Shown: positions 45,048-53,154, counted from the first letter of the stretch. The stretch is DNA of 64,000 nt from Deltaproteobacteria bacterium (GCA_029262535.1 JAJCZF010000061.1:2778-66777); one strand, 5' to 3'. The notes: generated by a model from the letters alone, not told the origin. Numbers and translations: made by a program.

Positions 45048-46004
45048 CTAGATCGTGGCACCGGTACAACTTGAGCCTGCGCCTGCGGCGCAACCGTAAC
45101 AGTGCGACGCGGTGAGGACGTCACGTCTTGAAAGGGCCTCGTAATCAAAGGCGTCTATATGGCCGGGGACACCTTTGAGGCAACGCAGCCCAAGGGCCTG
45201 ATTAAAATCGCAGTCGTAGAGGATACCGTTCCACGCAACCGAAATGCTATTCCTGCACATGACTTTTTGAGCGGCCTCTACGTTAAAAAAGTCGCTAAGT
45301 TTTTCCATATAAGAATCCAACTTGCCTTCTGACTCCAGGCTTTTGCTAAAACGACCGATCGGCATATTGGTTATCACATAGAGCCCGGTAAAGATTATGC
45401 CGTTTCTGGCTTTCAGCTCTCTCTTATAGTCGGCCTCAAGGGTCGCCTGGTCGGGTGGAAGCGACGGACCGGCGGGGTTATATACGAGATGAAGTTTAAG
45501 GCCGCTTCCCTCTTTGCCATAACCGACCATATTGAGTGCGCGAAGGGCCTTTATCGAGTCCTCAAAAACTCCCTTGCCGCGCTGTCCGTCCACATTCTCG
45601 GAAAGATAACAGGGCAGCGAGGCCACGACCTCGACCCCCTTTCGAGCGTAGAGCAGGGGCAGGTCCCGATTGCCTTTTTGCATTATGGCGGAAAGGTTCG
45701 TCCTCACCATAAGACGCTTACCCGCGGCAGATGCGCGCTCCACGAGCCAGCGGTAATGCGGATGTCCCTCGGGCGCTCCCCCTGTGATATCCATCACCTC
45801 GACAGGAGAGTCCCTAAAGGCCCTAAGAGAAGACTCCATAACCTCTCTTGACATCGCCTCCGTACGCTCCGGCCCCGCCTCCACATGGCAGTGGTTGCAA
45901 CTCAAGTTGCAACCATAACCAAGATTTAACTGAAGGGTACGCAGAGCGGTCGCCCGAAGAGGTTCTAGCCCTTCACTCTCTAATTTTTCATTAAAGTTCA
46001 TCAA
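45048..46004 (-). CDS. arsS: radical SAM/Cys-rich domain protein (ArsS-type, arsenosugar-biosynthesis family)
   Basis: CX3CX2C in LGYGCNLSCNHCHVEAGP. The C-terminal Cys-rich tail reads TASHCYGCAAGAGSSCTGA. Confidence 0.7.
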   Translation of the reverse strand: MMNFNEKLESEGLEPLRATALRTLQLNLGYGCNLSCNHCHVEAGPERTEAMSREVMESSLRAFRDSPVEVMDITGGAPEGHPHYRWLVERASAAGKRLMVRTNLSAIMQKGNRDLPLLYARKGVEVVASLPCYLSENVDGQRGKGVFEDSIKALRALNMVGYGKEGSGLKLHLVYNPAGPSLPPDQATLEADYKRELKARNGIIFTGLYVITNMPIGRFSKSLESEGKLDSYMEKLSDFFNVEAAQKVMCRNSISVAWNGILYDCDFNQALGLRCLKGVPGHIDAFDYEALSRRDVLTASHCYGCAAGAGSSCTGATI

Positions 46005-46225
46005 GTGATTATCCTGTAATAATTGGCCACAAGCCTTACTTCAAAAAAAAGAGCCGCATTAACGGGCCGATTGCGAGCCGACTAGAAAATATTTATATTT
46101 TATCCAAATTTGACAGGGAACTCAATATACCATATTTCAGAATCTACCTGCCTCCGGTCTTCTGCTACAAGTCCGAAAGCCTGAGCAAGATGAGGAAGAC
46201 CGACTCTGGCTTCTGCTCGTCTTCT

Positions 46226-46257
46226 CAGCCTGGCCGGGCTTCGAGAGGGCCTGGCTG
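46226..46257. other. strong GC-rich hairpin inside a 500-bp non-coding region
   Basis: CAGCCTGGCC (46226-46235) pairs with GGCCTGGCTG (46248-46257) with one T-T mismatch and a 12-nt loop. Confidence 0.5.
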
Positions 46258-46473
46258 CCTACGACCGCTCCGTACACCCTGACCGTAGCGCCAGTTAAGG
46301 ATATCTTCCTAAAACCATACAAAGAGATTGATTAGAAAAACCCTGCGACATACTTTCGAGGCTCTCCGTTCTTTATAATTATTATTCCTAAATAAGTTTA
46401 CCACCTCTGCGCCCTGAGTCAAGCACGCCGGTTGAGCCGCGAACGCAACGCGAATCCTTAGGCGGCGGCGTTG

Positions 46474-46502
46474 TTGACAAGACTCCCGTTATCGTTTATT
46501 CT
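46474..46502 (+). promoter_or_regulatory. sigma70-like promoter candidate abutting the hisIE start codon
   Basis: TTGACA (46474-46479), 17-nt spacer, TATTCT (46497-46502), then 6 nt and the ATG at 46509. No Shine-Dalgarno is seen. Confidence 0.4.
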
Positions 46503-46508
46503 CTAAAA

Positions 46509-47210
46509 ATGATCAACCTATCTATAATTAAATTCGACGACAAGGGGCTCGTGCCCGCCGTTGCGCAGGATGCGATATCGGGCGAGGTCCTGATGCTCGC
46601 CTACATGAACCGCGAGGCGCTGGAAAAGACTCTCGAAACCGGGCGCGCGCACTACTGGAGCCGCTCACGCGGCAAGCTCTGGTTAAAGGGCGAGACATCC
46701 GGACACTTTCAGGATATCAAGAGCACCCGCTACGACTGCGACGCAGATGCCATACTTCTCTTAATCGACCAGACCGGCGCCGCCTGTCACACCGGCCAGA
46801 GGAGCTGCTTTTACAGAAAGCTCGACGGCGACAATAGGCAGGAGCCGGCAGGAGCAGCCATAGTAAGCGGACTCTTTGAGGTATTAAAGGGCAGAAAGAA
46901 CGCCGACCCGGAACTCTCCTATGTCGCCTCGCTCTATAAAAAAGGCACTCAAAAGATACTCTACAAGGTTGAAGAAGAATCGACCGAGCTTATCGAAGCC
47001 GCCCTGTCGGGCGTTAAAAAAGAGATCGTTCACGAGACCGCCGACCTCCTATTTCATACCATGGTCTTACTCGCAAACGAAGGCGTGGAGATCGAAGAGA
47101 TCTATGAAGAGCTAGGAAGACGCTTCGGTACCTCGGGACATGAAGAGAAGAACTCAAGACCGCAAAAGAAAGTTGTTAACGAAGAAAATAATAATGGAGA
47201 TAAGGAGTAA
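46509..47210 (+). CDS. hisIE: bifunctional phosphoribosyl-AMP cyclohydrolase / phosphoribosyl-ATP pyrophosphatase
   Basis: [33 protein letters not shown] and [13 protein letters not shown] mark His[11 protein letters not shown] and [13 protein letters not shown] mark HisE. Confidence 0.9.
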   Translation: MINLSIIKFDDKGLVPAVAQDAISGEVLMLAYMNREALEKTLETGRAHYWSRSRGKLWLKGETSGHFQDIKSTRYDCDADAILLLIDQTGAACHTGQRSCFYRKLDGDNRQEPAGAAIVSGLFEVLKGRKNADPELSYVASLYKKGTQKILYKVEEESTELIEAALSGVKKEIVHETADLLFHTMVLLANEGVEIEEIYEELGRRFGTSGHEEKNSRPQKKVVNEENNNGDKE

Positions 47211-47213
47211 GAG

Positions 47214-47549
47214 ATGGACTGCCTTTTTTGCAAGATCGTAGCTGGCGATATACCCTCCAAAAAGATCCACGAGACCGACGACCTGATCGTTATAGAGGAT
47301 ATAAACCCGCAGGCCCCGGTCCATCTTTTAATCATATCCAAAGAACACTTCCTGAACCTTAACGACTGCGAGGACCCGGCCCTCATGGGAAAATACCTCG
47401 CCGCCGCCTCGACCGTTGCAAAGAAATTACGTATCGCCGAGAGCGGCTTTCGCACCGTTATAAATACTAATGCCGAAGGCGGACAGGTAGTATACCACCT
47501 CCACATACATGTAATGGGAGGCCGCCAGCTCAAGGGCCAAATGGGCTAA
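47214..47549 (+). CDS. HIT-family (Hint-like) nucleotide hydrolase
   Basis: CLFCKIVAGDIPS and the histidine triad HLHIHVMGG. Confidence 0.9.
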   Translation: MDCLFCKIVAGDIPSKKIHETDDLIVIEDINPQAPVHLLIISKEHFLNLNDCEDPALMGKYLAAASTVAKKLRIAESGFRTVINTNAEGGQVVYHLHIHVMGGRQLKGQMG

Positions 47550-48346
47550 CGCGCCGGCTCTCTCAACCTCAGGACCTCCGAAAGCGCATCTTTCGCATCG
47601 TTAAAGTTCGCGTCAGACTCTATCGCCATTCTTAAAAAAATCTCCGCCTCTTTATATCTCTTCTCATAGATATTCAAGAGCGCCATATTATAAAGAAGAA
47701 CCGCATTACCCGCGTCAACGGAGAGGGCCTTGTCAAAAGCCTTTCTCGCAGCTCCGTAAGAGGCGGCCTTCATCTCTAGTATCCCAATATTCATATAGGC
47801 CTCGGGCCTGGACGGATCAATCCTCACGGCCTTCTTATAAAGAGAACGCGCAGAGGAGATCTCGCCCAAACTCACTCTCACATTGGCCATGTTGATATTG
47901 CTATCATAATCGAGCGGATCAATTGCGAGGGCGCTCGTAAAGCTCTCTATAGATCTATTAAGATCACCTTTGGCAAAGTAAAGGTTGCCAAGATTATAAT
48001 GCGGCCCAAGCTCGCCCGGCGCGAGCGAGGCGGCTCTTAGATAATGAAACTCGGCCCCTTTGAGGTCGCCGCGCTCCGCAATAATAACAGCCAGACTAAA
48101 GTGCGCCTCGTGATTGCCGGGATAGAGTTTTATCGCCTTTCGATAGGCGCGCTCCGCCTCGCCCAAATTTCCGGCATTATAAAAACCTTTGGCAAGGCCG
48201 ACATACGGCCTCGACTTTAACGGAGATTTAGTAATTACGTCACTCCATAGCTCAATATCGCCATGCCAGACCGTATTACGCCCGTAAGTAATGAGCGCGT
48301 AGGCCAGGACCATTATCGAGAGTATTATTATGGAGCCTTTTTTCAT
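47546..48346 (-). CDS. single-TM protein with about 6 TPRs; equivalent to the last TM helix, junction and TPR module of the TMTC-like family
   Basis: IIILSIMVLAYALITYGRNTVWHGDIELWSDVITKSP reproduces the family junction motif. TPRs follow. Its stop codon overlaps the HIT stop (CTAA at 47546-47549). Confidence 0.75.
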   Translation of the reverse strand: MKKGSIIILSIMVLAYALITYGRNTVWHGDIELWSDVITKSPLKSRPYVGLAKGFYNAGNLGEAERAYRKAIKLYPGNHEAHFSLAVIIAERGDLKGAEFHYLRAASLAPGELGPHYNLGNLYFAKGDLNRSIESFTSALAIDPLDYDSNINMANVRVSLGEISSARSLYKKAVRIDPSRPEAYMNIGILEMKAASYGAARKAFDKALSVDAGNAVLLYNMALLNIYEKRYKEAEIFLRMAIESDANFNDAKDALSEVLRLREPAR

Positions 48347-48398
48347 TTTACCTGCTTCTATAACGTAAAGATCGATTTAGTAACTACTATACAGGGGC

Positions 48399-49628
48399 TC
48401 AGCCGCCGCCTAGCACATCAAGATTTAAGACATAACGCCCCTCACCCACGCTAATAAGCAGGCCGAGTTCGGAGAGCCGTTTTATATCACGGCGTCCCGT
48501 CCTTTCGCAGGCTGTGCCGTAGAGCAGGCGCAGGTGCGGCGCTTTATATAGGTCGGAAAGGCTAAAAGGCGCGGTATTGCCCAAAAGTATCGCGCCAAGC
48601 TGGTGCTGTCTCTTGGTAAGTTTCTTCAGCTCCCTCAGGTGGTCAAGATAACTTACGAGCATTACGCATTTTACACGCGCCGCAAATCTCTCTCTTACCC
48701 CCTTTAAGGCCTCGACATGGCCCTCAAGCACAAAACGCAGAAATTCGGTAAGGTCGTGGTCGGTCCTGTTCATAACCGCCCTGACTTTAGAGAGATATCT
48801 CTCTTTATGCCTGTAATAATGGACGACCAGCATCTCTGGAGTATAAGCGCGACCGGAAGAACGCAGTATAAATGTCTCAAGTAGCCTTGCGGTCGCGCCG
48901 CTCATCTTGTCGAAAGGCACTGCAAGTAATATATGATAATGAAGAAGCGCCGCTCTGACCTCCGGCCCAAGAGCTATTACATCGTCGGTATTGATCCAGT
49001 TTACAAGCCCCTTTATGAGCACCCTGATATCCGAAACAATCTTGGGTGGAGTATAGTAGGTCGCCTGCTCGGCCGCCGGAGAGATAATCGCGTCGGCTCG
49101 ATAAGGTTCCTTGCTTATTGGAGGGGCCTCCTTGCCGGAGACGATCATATTATTAAGTTCAACTATAAGAGCCTCCGAGATCTCGATACGAGAACCTTCG
49201 GCTAGCGGCAGCTTATCAAAACCGTAAGCAAGATTTATAAGTTCTTTCTCAGAAGGATGGAGCGCTCCAGTCGTGTTCTCTCCTTCTGAAGAAAACCCGG
49301 CAGAAGAAAATCCGCCTGAAGAAAGTCCGGAGGAGAACCCAAGAGCTGAAGATAGCTCCGAATGGTCGGCTTCGAGCAATCTCATCGCATCATCCTCGGA
49401 GGTAGGGTTGCCTTCGATTGCGGCAGAGGCAAAGACAGATTCACACCTTAAACGAGTTAGAAGCCTCTTTCGATCTTCAGGAAAAGAAGGTGTCTCAGAG
49501 ACGATCCCTGCCAGTGTTTCAACCTGGTTCATCAGGCTTTTCAACCCGAGAGAGTCATGCCTGGCGCTCAGAGTATAGGTGCCGGAGCGAAATGTCGGAA
49601 CTTCTTTCATTAGAAAATTTTTGTTCAT
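48399..49628 (-). CDS. Fic-fold protein with a degenerate active-site motif
   Basis: The Fic N-terminal inhibitory-type motif SAAIEGN is present. AVPFDKMSGATARLL sits where HPFxDGNGRxxRLL is expected. There is a (G/A)(F/L)SS low-complexity repeat at aa 92-115. Confidence 0.6.
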   Translation of the reverse strand: MNKNFLMKEVPTFRSGTYTLSARHDSLGLKSLMNQVETLAGIVSETPSFPEDRKRLLTRLRCESVFASAAIEGNPTSEDDAMRLLEADHSELSSALGFSSGLSSGGFSSAGFSSEGENTTGALHPSEKELINLAYGFDKLPLAEGSRIEISEALIVELNNMIVSGKEAPPISKEPYRADAIISPAAEQATYYTPPKIVSDIRVLIKGLVNWINTDDVIALGPEVRAALLHYHILLAVPFDKMSGATARLLETFILRSSGRAYTPEMLVVHYYRHKERYLSKVRAVMNRTDHDLTEFLRFVLEGHVEALKGVRERFAARVKCVMLVSYLDHLRELKKLTKRQHQLGAILLGNTAPFSLSDLYKAPHLRLLYGTACERTGRRDIKRLSELGLLISVGEGRYVLNLDVLGGG

Positions 49629-49666
49629 AATAATGTCCCAGTTAATTATATGATTATATTAGATAT

Positions 49667-49695
49667 AGATTACAAATAAAAAAAGTACTTGTCAA
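49667..49695 (-). promoter_or_regulatory. sigma70-like promoter candidate for the Fic-fold gene
   Basis: Minus strand: TTGACA (complement of 49690-49695), 17-nt spacer, TAATCT (complement of 49667-49672). Confidence 0.4.
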
Positions 49696-50163
49696 TATAA
49701 ATGTCTTAATATCTCCACCAATATCTTGGCCTTTATTGGTAAAAATGGACCCTCAATCCTGAAAAAAACCATATTTCATCAGGCCGATAAAAATATCGAA
49801 ATTCAAACCCACGTCAGGCCCATTCCCGTTCATTAGAGAGATAAAAGTAAAAGCTTCTAAAGTAACCGGGGCTATCTCAGAGCCACTCTAAAAAGAAGAG
49901 AGTAATCTAATAAAAAATTATTTTATAGCTCTTCGCCGGAGTGTATCTGCCTAGCTCATATCGCACCTCAATATAGATTAAAAGTTCATCTCGGGACTCC
50001 TGCATCTGCGCTTCATCTCCCAAATAAGACCGAGGAGGCAAGTCCCAAGCATGCCTAAGCTCCTAATACAGGCGATCCTGAAAGCCTCTTTTTTTTGGAG
50101 ATTCCTTGCAGGGAAAAGAATAAATTAGCTGCAAGTCTTACCCAAATAATGGCAGGATTTTTC

Positions 50164-50542
50164 TCACTGGAGAGACTCTATTTCGACGAACTTCCTGCGT
50201 GCCTCGATCAAGCCGGGATGGAAGCGAATGGTCTCGCGTAGGGAGAAGCGGTCATGGAGCAGCAGCCCTAAACTATAATGAGAGTCTTTCTTTCTTCTTT
50301 TCCTTTGATAGATGCCTAGTAGAGAATATGTGCGTTACACAGCTCCCTTCGATCGAATAGAGATTCCCTGGAGCACTCCTGGCTACAATATCGTTATGGG
50401 AACGCTTTGAGCTACGCACGAGATCTCTCTTTGCGCTCTCATAGTCATTAAGTAGGATATCCTCGCGTACTGAATAATAGTATACGCGGCTCTTCTCGGA
50501 AGGTTTTGAAACTAGATCACTACTGACTCTAATACCGCCGGC
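50164..50542 (-). pseudogene. decayed junction and TPR tail of paralogue P7
   Basis: Reading through the TGA at 50543-50545 in frame gives AGGIRVSSDLVSKPSEKSRVYYYSVREDILLNDYESAKRDL. Compare WSDVITKSPLKSRPYVGLAKGFYNAGNLGEAERAY at 47546-48346. After a 1-nt frame change near the purine tract at 50283-50305, the reading becomes LGLLLHDRFSLRETIRFHPGLIEARRKFVEI. Compare the P1 C-terminus KALRLHPGNELAAKNLEHV. Confidence 0.5.
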
Positions 50543-51784
50543 TCATAGCGCGTTACGAAAGATGGTCGTAACCGAGAGCGCGAGTGTGGCAGATATCACC
50601 AATGTCCAGAAATATCTTACCGGCTTGCGCACCTTGGCGTGTACAGCGCTCAGATAAGCTGCGGACCGATAAAAGAGTGTGGCGGCAACCAGAACGAAAC
50701 CAACGGAAGGCAGGTATAAACGGCCTTCAGCGATATGTTCCTTCATAGGGATTATCGACGATTCGACTGAGAGCGTTAGAAAAAACCATAGTACGCCGAA
50801 GCCGAAGAGTGTCGTTATAGAAGCGGAATGCCGCTGCCGCGCCCTCTTTCGGGCTCGAATGAAGATATATGTGCCGGTCAAAAAGATGCCTGCTAAAAAT
50901 AAGAAAGACAAAAGGACCGGGAGCGCCGTAAGTGAATCATAGGTCGGATAGTCGTAGCTCATTACCTGCCCGACAGGAAAGACTAATAAGCTCAGGTAAG
51001 TCACTACGACACGGAATTCCGTTATAAGATAATCATAGGGCGACAGCTGCGCACCAATGCCGATACCTATAAAGAGGTTATCTAGCGGTATTATCGCTAA
51101 AAGCAGGAAAAACGGAAGAAGCAGGAGCAGACTCTTCCTATAGGTGCCACTACTTTTTATGAAACCCAGCTCTATAAGAAAGAGCATGGCGGGCAAGGTA
51201 AAGCTAATCTCTGCACTCTTAAATGCAAGCAAGGTGGCTAAGAGCGCGCCGATATAAGATAAAAACCTTCGCAGAAGCGCGCCACGGCGTGAGTATAGGT
51301 AGAGCGCTATTGCCAGCAGATAAAATAAAGTAGCAAGAATAGAGAAACGCCCGCTTATATGAGTGACGGCCTCAATATGCACAGGATGGGCCAGGAAGAT
51401 AAGAGCTGCGGCAACCGATACGGATATAGCCCCCGGACTCCCCTCTTCGTCACGCTTAAAGGCGGTATAGCTAAGCAAAGATGAGAGAAGAAGATATACT
51501 AGAAAGGCGTTTATAGAATGGAGAAATATATTTACCAGATGATACCCGACGACACTCTGCCCTCCTACGGCGTAGTTCAAGGCGAGCGAAAAGAGCCCTG
51601 CATATCTCGGACCGCTAAGGTCGCTAAAGTTAGATAGCTCCCTTATCGTCGAATTGCCCCTAATCAAGAGTGAGTCGTCTAGAGCAAAAGCGGAGGTAAG
51701 GCTGTTATGATAGAGTAAAAAACTTAAGAGAATAAAGAGGAGAAAGATAAGAAGACGGCGGCCTGTCATATCAGAAAAGTTCAC
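50543..51784 (-). CDS. TMTC-like membrane domain, paralogue P7, ending exactly at the TM/TPR junction (truncated, or the 5' part of a pseudogene)
   Basis: FALDDSLLIR, GYHLVNIFLHSINA, HPVHIEAVTH, GRFSILATLFYLL, AEGRLYLPSVGF. It ends in TIFRNAL-stop, where its paralogues continue RNxxW. The start is GTG 51784 or ATG 51769. Confidence 0.7.
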   Translation of the reverse strand: MNFSDMTGRRLLIFLLFILLSFLLYHNSLTSAFALDDSLLIRGNSTIRELSNFSDLSGPRYAGLFSLALNYAVGGQSVVGYHLVNIFLHSINAFLVYLLLSSLLSYTAFKRDEEGSPGAISVSVAAALIFLAHPVHIEAVTHISGRFSILATLFYLLAIALYLYSRRGALLRRFLSYIGALLATLLAFKSAEISFTLPAMLFLIELGFIKSSGTYRKSLLLLLPFFLLLAIIPLDNLFIGIGIGAQLSPYDYLITEFRVVVTYLSLLVFPVGQVMSYDYPTYDSLTALPVLLSFLFLAGIFLTGTYIFIRARKRARQRHSASITTLFGFGVLWFFLTLSVESSIIPMKEHIAEGRLYLPSVGFVLVAATLFYRSAAYLSAVHAKVRKPVRYFWTLVISATLALSVTTIFRNAL

Positions 51785-51792
51785 GAACCATA

Positions 51793-52548
51793 TTAACGCC
51801 CGCCATCCCTCTGACGGACCGCCTCGAAGAGCACAACCGTGCCAGCCTGCGCCGCGTTAAGAGAGTCCACACCGTCCGTAGATTGCATGGGTATTGAGAT
51901 AGCCAGATCGCAGCCCTCTCTAACGAGCCTCCTGATGCCCTTGCCCTCGCTGCCTACTACGATGGCGATGTCACCCGACAGGTCTGTCTTCCATGGTCTT
52001 TCGCCGCCTTCGGCGTCGAGTGCGGCGACCCAGATATTTTCCTCTTTAAGACGCTCTATGGCGCGGCGAAGATTGGTAACGCGAGCTATCGGTATACGCG
52101 AGGCCGCCCCTGCCGAAGACTTTATAACGACACCCGTGACGGCGGCGCTCCTGTCCTTTGGAATGAGCACGCCGTCCGCTCCGGCGGCGTTGGCGCTCCT
52201 GATGAGAGCGCCTAGATTCTGGGGGTCTTCAATAGAGTCTAATAAAACGAAGAGAGCCGGAGCGCCTCCTGACCTCCAGCGTGAAATGATCGTCTCGATA
52301 TCCGAGTAAGGAAAACCGCCCTTAAACTCCAGGGCGATGCCCTGATCTTTATCCGTGCCGGTTGCGGCCTTTAACTCTTCGGGCGATACGATATCGACCT
52401 TAACGGACAACTTACGCGCAAGCCGGGTTATCTCGTCTACCGGTCCGCCCTTACGCCTCTTTGAGATAAGCAGGCGTTCCGCGTCCGATTCACCCGATAT
52501 CGATCTCAAGGCCTCCCTTACCGGGTTTATACCAAAAATAATTCTCAA
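51793..52548 (-). CDS. rlmB: 23S rRNA (guanosine-2'-O)-methyltransferase, TrmH/SpoU family
   Basis: IFGINPVREAL, LLDSIEDPQNLGALIRSANAAGADGVLIP, IPMQSTDGVDSLNAAQAGTVVLFE. Confidence 0.85.
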   Translation of the reverse strand: MRIIFGINPVREALRSISGESDAERLLISKRRKGGPVDEITRLARKLSVKVDIVSPEELKAATGTDKDQGIALEFKGGFPYSDIETIISRWRSGGAPALFVLLDSIEDPQNLGALIRSANAAGADGVLIPKDRSAAVTGVVIKSSAGAASRIPIARVTNLRRAIERLKEENIWVAALDAEGGERPWKTDLSGDIAIVVGSEGKGIRRLVREGCDLAISIPMQSTDGVDSLNAAQAGTVVLFEAVRQRDGGR

Positions 52549-52557
52549 TCCATCCTC

Positions 52558-53154
52558 CTACTTTGCCATCACAAGCAATGTCGCGTAATCGGTCTTTTTC
52601 CACGCATGTTCAAGCATCGCGTACTTTATCGGAGTCGCCCCCTTCATATCCGAATGGACAAAGAAGAGCTTTCGGGTATCGTCATAACCTACGGCCACCA
52701 CATAGTGACCTTTCGGAAAACGTTTAATACCGAGATTTAAAAATAGTATGAGCGGTTTTCCGGCCCTGAGCTTCCTCTTCAGGTCGTCAATCGAACCGCT
52801 ATAGTACTCGCCGTAAAAACCGTGTTCCCTTGCATATATGAGCATATCGACCAGGAGCGTGCCGCCGATCTTTTCTATATAGATCGCCTCTTCGACAGCC
52901 GCCAGATCATATCGCGCTTGTGAGGCGCCATTATAATAATTAAGCAGGCTCGTAAGCGCCGCCGGGCCGCACATCTTCGTATCTTGCGGATAGAAAGGCA
53001 CGTTAGAAAGAAATACGCCGCCGCCGCGCGTGGCGATACCGGGGTCTGGCGGCAGGGTAGCGGCGCACCCCACGGACATGGCCATAAAGAAAATAAGGGG
53101 GAGGACCCACCGGGTCCTCCCCCTTAATATATAAACTATATCGACATATCTCAT
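52558..53154 (-). CDS. C39-like (papain-fold) cysteine peptidase lipoprotein
   Basis: Lipobox AMSVGC. Catalytic-Cys block FYPQDTKMCGPAALTSLLNYY. His/Asp block KGHYVVAVGYDD. Confidence 0.7.
   Translation of the reverse strand: MRYVDIVYILRGRTRWVLPLIFFMAMSVGCAATLPPDPGIATRGGGVFLSNVPFYPQDTKMCGPAALTSLLNYYNGASQARYDLAAVEEAIYIEKIGGTLLVDMLIYAREHGFYGEYYSGSIDDLKRKLRAGKPLILFLNLGIKRFPKGHYVVAVGYDDTRKLFFVHSDMKGATPIKYAMLEHAWKKTDYATLLVMAK

Noticed and set aside
46020-46060. The A8/T8 run (46043-46050) upstream of arsS as an attenuator or terminator
   Set aside because: The flanking GC-rich segments are direct repeats (CGGCTC twice), not inverted, so no stem precedes the T-run.
46137-46322. 61-aa minus-strand ORF between arsS and hisIE
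   Set aside because: The translation is a Ser/Arg-rich low-complexity string with no start context. It overlaps the GC-rich hairpins, so the region is better treated as non-coding.
46142-46330. Identification of the structured region as SRP RNA, 6S RNA, RNase P RNA, tmRNA or tRNA-Sec
   Set aside because: GTCCGAAAGCCTGAGCA only superficially resembles the SRP domain IV GGUCCGGAAGGAAGCAGC, and the flanks cannot form the required stem. There is no GAGGAAAGUCC, no T-loop GTTCGA and no acceptor/CCA features. The 5' and 3' ends do not pair as they would in 6S.
47546-51784. P7 and the stand-alone TPR protein as two halves of one gene split by insertion of the Fic gene
   Set aside because: P7 carries its own decayed junction and TPR tail immediately downstream of its stop (50164-50542). 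The TPR protein at 47546-48346 is therefore a separate module, not the missing half.
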